Shown: positions 18,790-29,436, counted from the first letter of the stretch. The stretch is DNA of 64,000 nt from a virus (IMGVR_UViG_3300025000_002059:1-64000), one strand, 5' to 3'. Translations and numbers: made by a program. Notes: a model not told the origin generated them from the sequence alone.

Positions 18790-20747
18790 TGGCGTTTTCA
18801 TTTATATATGGTGGAGTTAGATCAGAGTTTAAAAATATTATTGTAAATGATGTGCGCAGAAGTGTGCTTCCTCCCATTAGTGCTAGGACAATTGATGTCC
18901 CGGATAGAGATGGTATCTATTTTTTCAAAACAGATTTTAACCAAAGGATTATTGAAGTAGATATAACGCTAGTTGAAACATCCAAGGAAAGATTAAGAAG
19001 TAATATTGAAAACATATCAATTTATTTAGATCCTAGAAATGGAACCCAATCTCTAGTATTCGATGACGAAACAGATCGGACATATTTTGCTGTTTTATCT
19101 AATGATACTGATTTTTCACAATTGAGATCATGGGGAAAAACAACCTTAGTTTTCTTGGTTCCGGATGGATTCTCATATTCAAGTTTACCAATTATTCAAA
19201 ATATCAATGCCGCGCAGGATGCTATTTTAACTAGATCATCCGGTGCTTATACTTCAAGCGGGACTCTAGTCGGACCGAATATACCTAGATATGAAACTGG
19301 AGTATTTGGTACGGCTATTCATGTCGAAGAAGGAACAACGAATATGCTTACTGCAAACCAAAGTAGCGTAGAAACAAATTTGGTAGGCTTTACGGCAACG
19401 ACTGGTGCAACGATCGGTCAAGAATTCACCTATGCTCACGTTGGCATAACTGGATTAGTTATAGTCACACAGGGACAAGTGGTAGAGGAAGGTGTATCGT
19501 TAGATTTTGTTACAGTGGCGGCGGCAACAACCTATACATTTAGTGTTTATTTACTCGGTAGTGGTCGAGTAAAATTAAATATTGAGGAACAAACTGGTGG
19601 AGGCGTTTTTATCACTGATACAGATTCCGCAGAAATAGTGGCAACTTGGGATGAATTTGTAAGATATTCCCTTACAGTAACGACTTCAGGTACGACAGGG
19701 AGACTAATTCCAAAAATTTTAACTTCAGTCCAGATGTTTGTACAGATTTATGCAGATGCTTTTCAAGTTGAAGCAAAGGCGTATGCAACGAGTTGGCATT
19801 TAGGTGGTGCTTCAAGAGGGAATGAATTATTAAAAATAGCAACATCAACTCGATTATTCGGTCAGCAAGGCACTTTAGATTTTTTCTTCAAGAAGACAGG
19901 CACAGCTGGAGACTTCGGTGGAATGTTTGATTGGGGGTCATTTACGGCTGGATCAACAAAGGACCGGATAGCTATTTTTCATGGGACCATGATTGGATCA
20001 GGTGAAGACGATATTCAATTCAATATTGTTAACTCATCGCAAACACAAAGCAAAACAATTACTCTTAGTTTAACAACAGATTTGATTGTTGATCGAAGTT
20101 ATTATTTGGCAGTTAGGTGGTATTTGGATGGAACAAGTAACGGTGTCATGGCAATCACACTTGCTGATCTAGTAACTAATCAAGAATACAATACCATTGC
20201 ATCTGCGACCATAAACCCACCGACGATGACAGCATTTAGTACGGCATTTATCGGGAGTTTAAATGGTGGTAACTATTGGTCAAATTGTACCTATGATAGT
20301 TTTAGGTTATCAATTATCAATAGGACATCTGCAGATATTACGGAATCATGGGAATTCAGGCGACCACTTATCAAGGATCCGGATTCGAGTGTTAAATATT
20401 CATTTGCAGAAACTTTATCGGGTACATTATTAACTAATCTTGGTACAGCGCCAGCCGATCCTACAATCACACTCACGTTTTTATCCGCGACAACGGATCC
20501 AATTATAACTCAATATAAAGCAGGATCAACAGAAGTTCAGGCGTTGCAAGTTACAGGATCGTTTGCTTCCTTGGATCAAGTGGTTATTAATTCGGATACC
20601 CGCAAGGTGACATTTAATAATGCAGTCATTAATGACCAAGTAACACTAGCTAGTGAATTCCCAGTTTTATCAGGTGACCATTTTTATACCTTTGCACCAA
20701 CGACCAGCACAAATATCGATATTAATTACACTCCGAGGTGGTTATAA
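18789..20747 (+). CDS. Distal tail protein (evolved Dit with carbohydrate-binding insertions)
   Basis: Dit N-terminus (VPDRDG, LVFDDETDRTY), IHVEEGTTN and QVEAKAYATS CBM-like insert, C-terminal YTPRWL. Confidence 0.8.
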   Translation: MAFSFIYGGVRSEFKNIIVNDVRRSVLPPISARTIDVPDRDGIYFFKTDFNQRIIEVDITLVETSKERLRSNIENISIYLDPRNGTQSLVFDDETDRTYFAVLSNDTDFSQLRSWGKTTLVFLVPDGFSYSSLPIIQNINAAQDAILTRSSGAYTSSGTLVGPNIPRYETGVFGTAIHVEEGTTNMLTANQSSVETNLVGFTATTGATIGQEFTYAHVGITGLVIVTQGQVVEEGVSLDFVTVAAATTYTFSVYLLGSGRVKLNIEEQTGGGVFITDTDSAEIVATWDEFVRYSLTVTTSGTTGRLIPKILTSVQMFVQIYADAFQVEAKAYATSWHLGGASRGNELLKIATSTRLFGQQGTLDFFFKKTGTAGDFGGMFDWGSFTAGSTKDRIAIFHGTMIGSGEDDIQFNIVNSSQTQSKTITLSLTTDLIVDRSYYLAVRWYLDGTSNGVMAITLADLVTNQEYNTIASATINPPTMTAFSTAFIGSLNGGNYWSNCTYDSFRLSIINRTSADITESWEFRRPLIKDPDSSVKYSFAETLSGTLLTNLGTAPADPTITLTFLSATTDPIITQYKAGSTEVQALQVTGSFASLDQVVINSDTRKVTFNNAVINDQVTLASEFPVLSGDHFYTFAPTTSTNIDINYTPRWL

Positions 20748-22598
20748 ATGCAATTAAAGAAGACATCAAATACGATAGGCATTGATTGCTCATGCTTTAA
20801 TAGCACGATTAGTTGGGGCACGGTCGCTACCGATTCAAGGAATATTCAATTTGCATATCTTCGATGCTCAATGGGGACAAGTAACTTTGATACAAAGTTT
20901 GCTGTGAATGCAAATGGTGCAAGAGCTAATAATATTCTTGTGGGAGCATACCATTTCATGAGGCCGGATAATCCAGTATATTCTTCATCAAGAGCAATAG
21001 TTGAAGCAAATCACTTTGTTAACAGAATGCAGATAGGGTTAGGAAATGGTAAATTTGGTGATCTGTATCCAGTTGTTGACCTTGAATTCCCAAGTACGCC
21101 AGCTATTGCAAATGATCCGGGAGAAACAAGATTATTAATGGATTATTGTCAGACTTTCAGAAACCAAGTCGAACAACTTACCGGAAGAACAGTAATGGTT
21201 TATGCTGGTATAGATTATATTCAGAGTCCTTGGAACAATTTTAATTACCCGACATCTGCTGGTCCAATATCAGATATGCCGTTATGGGCAGCATATTGGC
21301 TTAGGCTTCACGTTGGTTCAAGCGCTCCACCAGATGCAGGGGGGTGGTCGCAATGGCGTGTGTGGCAGTATTCTGATACAGGCGTAGTGGCCGGGATAAC
21401 AACGGCTACAGATTTAAATTTTGGTCCTGATAATTTAAGATTACTTCAGGACAATACACCTGAATCTAAAGGATTGGCACCAGTTGGCCAACTTTATATT
21501 TTGAATTCGAATAGAGAATTGCAGGTTGTTTTAAGTAATGATAGTTCAGCTTGCCCGTTTTATAATTCGATACACCAAGAGCAAATAAATCAGGAAAATA
21601 AATTAACATTTAGTGTTCCAGCCGATCATCCGGATGCCAGTGATGTGATCGAAGGAAATCTTGTATTTTTTAGAGACTTCGATGATCCAACACTAATCCA
21701 ATTATTTGAGATATTGAGAGTTGAGGAAACTCATATAGGAAGCTTATACAAGGATGTTGTTTGCCAACACAAAGTATTTGAGCTTGTAGATGATTGGATC
21801 GATAGCCTAACTTTGACCAATGTAACCTGTGCATCTGCACTTAATTCTATTCTTACTGGAACTAAGTGGATTGTTGGCGTGACAGAACCTCTTGAAACAC
21901 ACTCATTTTCTTTTTCAAGGGTCACGGTCATGGAAGCGTTAAGAAGAATTATTATCGTATGTGGTGCTGAATGGAGATTTAGAGTTCAATTTGTTGGAGC
22001 GACTATCACCGCACAATACATCGATATCCTAAATCGAAGGGGAGAAGACCGGGGCCGACGATTTGAATACAGCAGAGATATGAAAAAGATTAAGCGTACC
22101 ATTGATAATTCTAGGTTGGTTACTAAGGCGTTTGGATATGGGGGAACTACTGCCATTACTTTTTCAACAGTTTCATGGGCAACGAGCTCTGGAGATCCAG
22201 CAGATAAGCCAGTGGGCCAGTTATATGTTGAAGATGTCGATGCAACAAGTACATGGGGACGATATCGCGGTTCAACGAATGTCTTACCTATTGAAAATTA
22301 TTTTACATCCACAACATCTAACCCAACAACATTACTAGACCAAACATGGGATTATATACAAGATAACAATAGTCCATGGATTGCCTATGAGGTTGACGTT
22401 GCCGATCTTGAAATTATCGCTGGAAGTCAGCACCAGAAAATAAGGTTAGGGGATACCGTTAAGGTTATCGACACATTATTTAATCCGGTCTTGAGATCTT
22501 GTACCAGAATACAAGAACTTGATAGATATCTTAGTGAGCCGGAAAAAAATCAAGCGGTAATTAGTAATATTCCACCGATTATTGTGGCAGATAGCTAA
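20748..22598 (+). CDS. GH25 muramidase fused to a Tal/tail-spike (prophage endopeptidase-type) domain
   Basis: GIDCS, GAYHF, VVDLE and WQYS (GH25) in the first ~230 aa; then RRGED.GRRFEY, I.RTID..LVT and IRLGDTVKVID (Tal). Confidence 0.8.
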   Translation: MQLKKTSNTIGIDCSCFNSTISWGTVATDSRNIQFAYLRCSMGTSNFDTKFAVNANGARANNILVGAYHFMRPDNPVYSSSRAIVEANHFVNRMQIGLGNGKFGDLYPVVDLEFPSTPAIANDPGETRLLMDYCQTFRNQVEQLTGRTVMVYAGIDYIQSPWNNFNYPTSAGPISDMPLWAAYWLRLHVGSSAPPDAGGWSQWRVWQYSDTGVVAGITTATDLNFGPDNLRLLQDNTPESKGLAPVGQLYILNSNRELQVVLSNDSSACPFYNSIHQEQINQENKLTFSVPADHPDASDVIEGNLVFFRDFDDPTLIQLFEILRVEETHIGSLYKDVVCQHKVFELVDDWIDSLTLTNVTCASALNSILTGTKWIVGVTEPLETHSFSFSRVTVMEALRRIIIVCGAEWRFRVQFVGATITAQYIDILNRRGEDRGRRFEYSRDMKKIKRTIDNSRLVTKAFGYGGTTAITFSTVSWATSSGDPADKPVGQLYVEDVDATSTWGRYRGSTNVLPIENYFTSTTSNPTTLLDQTWDYIQDNNSPWIAYEVDVADLEIIAGSQHQKIRLGDTVKVIDTLFNPVLRSCTRIQELDRYLSEPEKNQAVISNIPPIIVADS

Positions 22599-22623
22599 AG
22601 GTAAAATGAGGTGATCATTTAAA

Positions 22624-23871
22624 ATGTCAGCTTTTGTTCCTCCCCAAAATCACAGGAATTCAAATGAGCTCATATATGGGGGACAAACTCTTCGTGATGC
22701 TTCTAAAAAAGCACCAATGTATTCAGTATTTGGAGATACAATAACTGGGCTCAAGCAAGATGAGATATCTGTATCATTCCAATATGGAATATCGAATTTG
22801 GATGCAGTATCAACGGTTACTGGTGGAGGTGCTGTAACAGCCGTTATACCACAGGCTCAAGTCGCGAGTGGTGTCCCGGCTGCTGGAACGGCACAAGTAC
22901 AATCCCTCTATTCATCTGGTTATAGAGCGGGAAGAGAGGGTTATTCGTTCTTTACTTGTGAGTTCACAACTCAAGCGGGTGGAGTGTTAGGAATAGCTGA
23001 TTCAAATCAGCAAATAGGACTATTTGATGATCAGAACGGATTCTACGTTGGATTTACTGGCGTAGATTTTTGTATTGCCAAAAGAAAAGAAGGTGTAGAT
23101 ACAATTGTCACGCAAACAAATTTTAATCGTGACAAATTGGACGGAACTGGATATAGTGGATTTACGGCAGATTTATCCAAGAATAATGTTTTCAAAATCT
23201 CATTTGGTTATTTAGGGGCAGCAGTAGTCGTGTATGAAATATTGAGACAAGATGGAGTGTGGATCACGTTTCATGTTATTGAATATCCTAACAGTTCAAC
23301 TGGTACCCACATTTCAAATCCTGTTCTCCCGGTAACATGTCGAGTGGAGAAAACAGCAGGAGCAACAAACGTAATTCTGCGTACTTCAAGTTGGAGTGCT
23401 GGAACGATTGTAGGAGATGATTCGCTCGCAATTTCAAATCGTCCTTGGGCTATTAATAACAATAAGACATTAGTTGCTGGTAATAGAACGAGCATATTAA
23501 CATTAAAATGCAGCACAATGTTTGCGGGATTAACAAATCGCATTCCAATGCAAGTTGTATATGTAGCTGGTTCTGTAGATGCATCCAAAAATGGAAGTAT
23601 TCAACTTTTCAAAAATGCCACTGTATCTAATACGAGTTTCCATTATGTCAGTTCGGGAGATAGTGTTGCACAATATGATATAGTCGGTACTACTGTTACA
23701 GGTGGGACGTTGATGCTTCCTATTCATATCCCAAATGGTGGAGCAGTAACTCTAGGCACGGCAGATTTTAGATTATTAGTTTTACCGGGTGAGACTATAA
23801 CTTTTCAAGGACTGTCTACTCAAGTTAATACCACAATAAATGCTGGAACTCGTTGGTTAGATAAATTCTAA
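22624..23871 (+). CDS. Tail/baseplate protein
   Basis: YRAG, GLFDDQNGFY, Q.NFN.DKLDGTG.SG and YLGA pattern of phage structural proteins. Confidence 0.6.
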   Translation: MSAFVPPQNHRNSNELIYGGQTLRDASKKAPMYSVFGDTITGLKQDEISVSFQYGISNLDAVSTVTGGGAVTAVIPQAQVASGVPAAGTAQVQSLYSSGYRAGREGYSFFTCEFTTQAGGVLGIADSNQQIGLFDDQNGFYVGFTGVDFCIAKRKEGVDTIVTQTNFNRDKLDGTGYSGFTADLSKNNVFKISFGYLGAAVVVYEILRQDGVWITFHVIEYPNSSTGTHISNPVLPVTCRVEKTAGATNVILRTSSWSAGTIVGDDSLAISNRPWAINNNKTLVAGNRTSILTLKCSTMFAGLTNRIPMQVVYVAGSVDASKNGSIQLFKNATVSNTSFHYVSSGDSVAQYDIVGTTVTGGTLMLPIHIPNGGAVTLGTADFRLLVLPGETITFQGLSTQVNTTINAGTRWLDKF

Positions 23872-23891
23872 CAAAAAGGGAGGTTTTTACA

Positions 23892-24281
23892 ATGACATTC
23901 ACCCCGCCAGCTCCCGCGAATCATCGAAACAGTGGGATTCTCGTAGCGTCTACGAGTCTTACTGTAAATATTGCAGATTTATTAAATGCTAGTTGGGGAT
24001 CTGCAACAAAAATCGGGACAGTGACATTAGGATCAACATTCGTCACAGAATTAAAAGTTGGAACGACAGGATTAAGTGGCAGACATACATTATATCTAAC
24101 CAATGATTCATCACGTTTATTTTATGTCAAGAATACAACCAATTTGAATTCATCGGATGGGTTATTGGTCAACTCAGGTGTGGCTGCAACTATAAAATTA
24201 GATCCGGATCAGAATCAAAAAGTATATGGTATTACATTTACTGGATCGGCATCAATTAAAGTCATGGAGATGAAGAATTGA
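23892..24281 (+). CDS. Minor tail protein
   Basis: Shares N-terminal PP..NHRNS motif with the upstream gene. Confidence 0.5.
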   Translation: MTFTPPAPANHRNSGILVASTSLTVNIADLLNASWGSATKIGTVTLGSTFVTELKVGTTGLSGRHTLYLTNDSSRLFYVKNTTNLNSSDGLLVNSGVAATIKLDPDQNQKVYGITFTGSASIKVMEMKN

Positions 24282-24303
24282 TAAAGGAAGGAGATGGTTA
24301 ATT

Positions 24304-24789
24304 ATGGTCTTTGAACTAAATCAATTCAGAGAAACACCTTATGACCTTCAATTTGTGTTTGTTGGAAAAATGTATCAATGGCAATATAATACAACGTTTG
24401 GATCTGGCGTTACTAATTATCAAATTCATACTAGCTCAAACGTATTAACACACCTAACCAATAGAACAATCCGAACAGCAAGTACGAGTATTAATATCCA
24501 ATTTATTGAATTACCAGTATTTGTATCTACTGGTACAACACTCTTGCCAGCTTATGATGTTAACAGGATATCGGCAACGACTCCAACGCTTGCAATTTAT
24601 AGTAATCCAAGTGCAACAAGTGGTACTGTTATTGAAAATATTGATCTTATTGCAGGCGAGAAATGGAACCAAGTCGCTACTGAATTTATCTTGAATCAGG
24701 GAGCCGATTACCTTATCCGGGTCAGTAATACTGCATTAACGGCACAAAGTGTTGATTTTAATTATGTTTGGTACGAATCGAGTAATTAA
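24304..24789 (+). CDS. Minor structural protein, paralogue 1 of 3
   Basis: FRETPY...NR.S...E.IL...WYES. Confidence 0.55.
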   Translation: MVFELNQFRETPYDLQFVFVGKMYQWQYNTTFGSGVTNYQIHTSSNVLTHLTNRTIRTASTSINIQFIELPVFVSTGTTLLPAYDVNRISATTPTLAIYSNPSATSGTVIENIDLIAGEKWNQVATEFILNQGADYLIRVSNTALTAQSVDFNYVWYESSN

Positions 24790-24813
24790 AAAGAGAGGGG
24801 ATGCTTAAAAAAG

Positions 24814-25308
24814 ATGATCGCTCCATCAATGGAACTTAGATCTTTTCGGGATACACCTCTTAATACTCAAAAAATATTTGAATCTGAAGTATTTAAGACA
24901 ACTTATAGATTTACAACAGGCGGTGATATCGAATATGAGTTAATAACTGCTGCAAGTAAAGATGTTCATATCACAAATATGATTATTACAGCAGAGTCAA
25001 GTGTCACGACATTTTTGCTTGTCGAAAATGGGGCTGCTGTAGATGGGACAACAGTCGGTATACCAACTATTTATAACACAGATAGAACTTCGGCAACTAC
25101 CAATGGATCGAGAATCCTTGCAGCACCAACGACCGGGGCTGGAACTATTTTAATTGACGCTAATTTAATATCGTTTGATTCTTGGGAGAATGATTGGCCG
25201 GAACTTATACTTCCCAGAAATACAAAGTATGTTCTTAAGTATGTTCATACCGGAGTACAGGCGGCTTCCGTGACAACATCTTTAGTGTGGTATGAAACCG
25301 ACATGTGA
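24814..25308 (+). CDS. Minor structural protein, paralogue 2 of 3
   Basis: FRDTP...DRTS...ELIL...WYET. Confidence 0.55.
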   Translation: MIAPSMELRSFRDTPLNTQKIFESEVFKTTYRFTTGGDIEYELITAASKDVHITNMIITAESSVTTFLLVENGAAVDGTTVGIPTIYNTDRTSATTNGSRILAAPTTGAGTILIDANLISFDSWENDWPELILPRNTKYVLKYVHTGVQAASVTTSLVWYETDM

Positions 25309-25360
25309 AAACTTCTTTCATAAGAAAGGGGAGAGGGGAGAGGGGAGCTGAGATAAAACT

Positions 25361-25855
25361 TTGATTAATCCTATGATATTAAAAACATTTAGGGAAACGC
25401 CTTATAATTTACAATTTATTTTTGTCGGTAAGTATTTTAAGTTTCAACAAAAACTCACAGTTGCTCCTGTAACTAGAGTAAATATCGAAATCAAGACTGG
25501 GGCTACTCAAATTGTTCATTTTTTAGAAAGAAATGTGAGGATTATATCTTCCGTGTCAACTGTCTCAGTCGGATATGAACTTTACGAAAATTCTACTACC
25601 ACAACTGTTGCAAGTTACCCCATATTTAATGTGGATAGAACATCATCAAATGTATCGACAGTTAGTATCGCAACATGCACATTTACTGCCATAGGTAACA
25701 ATTTAGAAGCATATGTAATTAGGAATGGGCAGGCTCATCAAAGATCGAAGGAATTGATTTTAAAACCTAGTACAACATACATGATATCTTTTGTTACTGC
25801 CGCATCCACGGCACAAATTGATATCAATTATATTTGGTATGAATCTGATAATTAA
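25361..25855 (+). CDS. Minor structural protein, paralogue 3 of 3
   Basis: FRETPY...DRTS...ELIL...WYES. Confidence 0.55.
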   Translation: MINPMILKTFRETPYNLQFIFVGKYFKFQQKLTVAPVTRVNIEIKTGATQIVHFLERNVRIISSVSTVSVGYELYENSTTTTVASYPIFNVDRTSSNVSTVSIATCTFTAIGNNLEAYVIRNGQAHQRSKELILKPSTTYMISFVTAASTAQIDINYIWYESDN

Positions 25856-25881
25856 AAATTAAAAGTAAAGGAGTTTTCAAA

Positions 25882-26379
25882 ATGGCAAACACAGTATTTA
25901 ACACATTTAAAAAGTTTTCAGTTGGTTCGTCAAGTGGAGCATTTAAAAAAATCACGTTACTCACGGATACGATTAAAGTAGCATTGGTAACTTCTGGTTA
26001 TTCTGTTGATCCAGATGATAATCTTTTTTCAGATGGCACCACTTCAGATGCAGCATCCTATGAATTTAATAATTCGACTGGTGGGTATGCCGGGGGTATT
26101 GGCGGATCAACAGGTAGGAAAACGTTAGCATCTAAAACTATGACGCAAGACAACACCAATAATCGAGCTGTATTTGATGCCGCAGATATAACTTGGACAT
26201 CCATTAATGCTGGTACTGCTGGAGCAGCAATTTTGATCAGGGAAGGTGGAGCTGGGACAACTACGAGCGATACCGGAACAACTATGATTTGTTACATTGA
26301 TAGTGGATTCCCTGTTGTGACCAATGGTGGGGATTTAACTATTAGTTGGTCAACGGCAGGGATCGTTGATTTGACTTAG
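25882..26379 (+). CDS. Tail fibre-associated structural protein
   Basis: DTIKVAL, FDAADITWT and TNGGDLTISW pattern. Confidence 0.6.
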   Translation: MANTVFNTFKKFSVGSSSGAFKKITLLTDTIKVALVTSGYSVDPDDNLFSDGTTSDAASYEFNNSTGGYAGGIGGSTGRKTLASKTMTQDNTNNRAVFDAADITWTSINAGTAGAAILIREGGAGTTTSDTGTTMICYIDSGFPVVTNGGDLTISWSTAGIVDLT

Positions 26380-26432
26380 TTCTATTATTTAAAGCTATAC
26401 CCACAAGAACTCATCGCCGATTATAACCGACA

Positions 26433-26464
26433 AAAAAGAACCGTGGAATTATTTCCACGGTTCT
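26433..26464. terminator. Terminator-like hairpin
   Basis: AGAACCGTGGAA-TTAT-TTCCACGGTTCT with upstream A run. Confidence 0.45.
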
Positions 26465-26507
26465 AAGTATGCATAAATTGAAAAAATCCTTGAGAGAAGT
26501 TGATTAA

Positions 26508-26855
26508 ATGCTTTATTTCTCTATGTCTGAAATGATAGGCAAATCATCTTCAGAGTTCAATGAAATAGTTGAGAATCTTATGCCTGATTCATATATCGTC
26601 TTTGAACATACTGGATGCTATATGTGTAAAGGGTGTGATTTCTGTACGGTGAGTTCTCCATCTACGTCTATAGTGATGAGAAAATCAGAATGGAGATTAG
26701 TTTCAAAAAATATGTTCAATACTGAAGCGGAAGCTCAGGAGTATAGTGATCTTACTTCTAATGCAACACCTATGTTTACCTGTAATTCATTCACGTTTAT
26801 AAGATCAGGAAGCACAGAAATTCTTAATTGTGTTTCGATTTGGATGAAAAATTAA
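26508..26855 (+). CDS. Hypothetical Cys-containing protein
   Basis: ORF with CxxCxxCxxC. Confidence 0.4.
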   Translation: MLYFSMSEMIGKSSSEFNEIVENLMPDSYIVFEHTGCYMCKGCDFCTVSSPSTSIVMRKSEWRLVSKNMFNTEAEAQEYSDLTSNATPMFTCNSFTFIRSGSTEILNCVSIWMKN

Positions 26856-26903
26856 AACTCCATCCACCTTCCCAAAATATTGAAGAAAGGAGGTAATTCC
26901 TTT

Positions 26904-28514
26904 ATGAGCGATTTTCCTTTCGGAACTTATTTAGGATATAAATTCAATGGAGCTAATAGTTATGCACAGGTACCAGATAATGTAGCAATAGATCCAACTA
27001 CTTACATTACAATTGAATGTCGATTTGCGCTTACCGTTCCTCTTCCATCACAAAGTTTTAATGCTGTTGAACTTGTACAAAAGATGGATGTTACAGTTAC
27101 CACCAAAACTGGGTATGCAGTTTATTTAACAAAAGGCGGATCGTTAGTTTTTCTTCTCAAGGAATCAAATGATAGCACCTATAGGCAATTAGTATTTAGT
27201 GTTGGAACTACTTTCGATGATTTAAGATTACATGTTGTCACTTGTGTATACGATGGTTCCCATATCATAGCATATACCGATGGAGTCTTTGGGAGTCAAG
27301 TCGTTGCAACGGGATCAATCCAACAGGATACTGGTCAAAGTCTTAATATTGGTGGATTTAGAATAGGAACCAGTCCACCAAATACGAATTTCTTTAACGG
27401 TTTTATTGATGAAGTAAGAATATGGGATACGGCTAGGACACCAACGGAAATTAGTGATAATGCTTGGAATCAACTTACTGGTGCTGAATCTGGACTAGTT
27501 GGGTATTGGAAATTTAATGAAAATAGCGGTACAGTGGCAACGGATTCATCGCCATCGGGAAATGATGGAACACTTTCCAACACTAAGCGATTAGCCTTAA
27601 ATTATACTCCAGCAGTTGATGCTAATTTTTCAGCACAAAATCCTACATTAATTTTTGATCAGATCGTTTCACCAACTGCATCTGTATCAACTTTTATAGC
27701 TTCCAATCCTACATTAATTTTTGATCAGACTGTTTCGCCAACTGCATCAGTCGCAACTTTTTCTGCTCAAGATCCAATAATTAAAGAAACGATTCAGGCA
27801 AGTCCTGCATCGGCAACATTCTCCATCCCAAACGCAACGATAATTGCCGGAGCTGTTACGATTCAGGCAAGTCCTGCATCGGCAACATTCTCCATCCCAA
27901 ACGCAACGATAATTGCCGGAGCTGTTACGATTCAGGCAAATCCTGCCTTTGCAGCTTTTACGGCAAATTCAATTAAGGTAAATCTTGTTATCGAACCTAG
28001 CCCTTCAATAATAAATTTCGTCGTTGGAACTCCAACGATTAGATTAACTCAGCAAGCAATGCCAAGTGTCATAACTTTAGCGTTACCACCACCGACTATC
28101 ACAGTGGGAGCAGTAACGGTTCAAGCTACCCCAGCAGTAGCTACTTTTTCAGCCAATGCTATAACAACAACACTCACCATAAGCACTACCCCAGCAGTAG
28201 CTACTTTTTCAGCTAATTCACCAACTATCACAGTGGGAGTAGTAACGGTTCAAGCTACCCCAGCAGTAGCTACTTTTTCAGCTAATTCACCAACTATCAC
28301 AGTGGGAGCAGTAACGGTTCAAGCTACCCCAGCAGTAGCGCTATTTACATTGCCAACTCCAACTATATTAATGGATCAAATAGTATTTCCTGATCCAGCG
28401 ATAGCAACATTTAGTATTCCAACTCCCACAGTATTTGTTGTTAGAATTACGATCAGTTTCGGAGTTAAGATATTTAATGAGATCAATTACCATGTCATTA
28501 TCGAAAATAGTTGA
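26904..28514 (+). CDS. LamG/concanavalin-like receptor-binding fibre with Pro/Thr/Ala/Val repeat stalk
   Basis: FNGFIDEVRIWD.ART and GLVGYWKFNE (LamG), then TVQATPAVATFSANSPTITVG repeats. Confidence 0.75.
   Translation: MSDFPFGTYLGYKFNGANSYAQVPDNVAIDPTTYITIECRFALTVPLPSQSFNAVELVQKMDVTVTTKTGYAVYLTKGGSLVFLLKESNDSTYRQLVFSVGTTFDDLRLHVVTCVYDGSHIIAYTDGVFGSQVVATGSIQQDTGQSLNIGGFRIGTSPPNTNFFNGFIDEVRIWDTARTPTEISDNAWNQLTGAESGLVGYWKFNENSGTVATDSSPSGNDGTLSNTKRLALNYTPAVDANFSAQNPTLIFDQIVSPTASVSTFIASNPTLIFDQTVSPTASVATFSAQDPIIKETIQASPASATFSIPNATIIAGAVTIQASPASATFSIPNATIIAGAVTIQANPAFAAFTANSIKVNLVIEPSPSIINFVVGTPTIRLTQQAMPSVITLALPPPTITVGAVTVQATPAVATFSANAITTTLTISTTPAVATFSANSPTITVGVVTVQATPAVATFSANSPTITVGAVTVQATPAVALFTLPTPTILMDQIVFPDPAIATFSIPTPTVFVVRITISFGVKIFNEINYHVIIENS
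27788..28340 (+). repeat. Tandem coding repeats (57 bp unit) in the fibre gene
   Basis: ACGATTCAGGCAAGTCCTGCATCGGC... twice, and GCTACCCCAGCAGTAGC... four times. Confidence 0.85.
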
Positions 28515-28526
28515 GGTGATGAAAAT

Positions 28527-28823
28527 ATGAAAGTGGGGGACGTGGGAGCACTCTTGATTTTCACGATTACTGATCCATCGGATACAGTCGTTGATCTAAC
28601 AGGAGCAACAACGATTTCGTTATGTATCTATAATGGGCAATCGGTATCGAGTAATCCGATGATGTTTTATAATGCCACAGGGGGACAATTATCATATCTT
28701 GTGGTCGCTGGGGATCTTCCCACGACTGGTGTTTATAAATTTGAAGTTCATGTAGGATTTGCGGGAGGTAGTGAATTTACATCGAGCAGAACATTTGATG
28801 TTGTGCAGCCAACTCTTTGTTAA
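28527..28823 (+). CDS. BppU-like baseplate/fibre adaptor
   Basis: GD.G..L.FTI.D....VDLTGA and GQLSY...GDL...GVYKFEV. Confidence 0.6.
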   Translation: MKVGDVGALLIFTITDPSDTVVDLTGATTISLCIYNGQSVSSNPMMFYNATGGQLSYLVVAGDLPTTGVYKFEVHVGFAGGSEFTSSRTFDVVQPTLC

Positions 28824-28850
28824 AAAAAAAGAGAAGGAGGAAGATGTTCT

Positions 28851-29132
28851 ATGGATATCATTATTAATGCTAATGATTGGCAGCTTATTATATTTTTTGT
28901 CCCAATCATTGTGGCATTAACAGAAGTTTTCAAGAAAATGGGATTGGATAAAAAATATTTTCCGGTTTCAAATATCATCTTAGGGATATTGGCAGCCTAT
29001 TTCTTCGTTCCCACTGGCGAACAGGATATAGCATTAGCCGTTCTGATAGGAATAATAATCGGATTATCGGCTAGTGGCCTATATTCAAGTGGAAAATCTA
29101 CCATTGAGGAAGTCAAAAATGGCAAAAGTTAA
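28851..29132 (+). CDS. Holin
   Basis: Three hydrophobic segments; LTEVFK, KYFP and GLSASGLYS motifs. Confidence 0.85.
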   Translation: MDIIINANDWQLIIFFVPIIVALTEVFKKMGLDKKYFPVSNIILGILAAYFFVPTGEQDIALAVLIGIIIGLSASGLYSSGKSTIEEVKNGKS

Positions 29133-29156
29133 AGGCGGCATTTAGCCGCCTTTTTT
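29131..29156. terminator. Bidirectional terminator at convergent junction
   Basis: AAAGGCGGC-ATTTA-GCCGCCTTTTTT. Confidence 0.8.
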
Positions 29157-29172
29157 ATTTTTCAATGTTAAT

Positions 29173-29436
29173 TTATTCATTTGCTGCAGCGACTATATGG
29201 AATTGACGATTGGTAAAATATTGTTCTATTTTTTCATCACTAGTAGACATTTTTGATTCCATTCTCGAAAGGGTAAAACTTGTCTTATCATGATCAGCTT
29301 TATTAACCTCAGTCAAGTGCTCTAGAGTCTTCAATATTTGGGTATTTTCTTTAACTTGGGATTCCAAACTATCGAACCGGGAATTCATTTTTTCAAATTG
29401 AGCTAAGACCAGTTCCTGAAACTTTTCATTATCCAT
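29173..29436 (-). CDS. Coiled-coil protein, MDNEKFQ paralogue
   Basis: MDNEKFQELVL N-terminus and AGGAGG RBS. Confidence 0.65.
   Translation of the reverse strand: MDNEKFQELVLAQFEKMNSRFDSLESQVKENTQILKTLEHLTEVNKADHDKTSFTLSRMESKMSTSDEKIEQYFTNRQFHIVAAANE

Noticed and set aside
407-23727. Numerous short antisense or alternate-frame ORFs within structural genes
   Set aside because: Shadow ORFs of well-supported plus-strand genes
27788-28340. Diversity-generating retroelement template/variable repeats
   Set aside because: The repeats are in-frame tandem stalk units without adenine-specific variation, and there is no reverse transcriptase in the window
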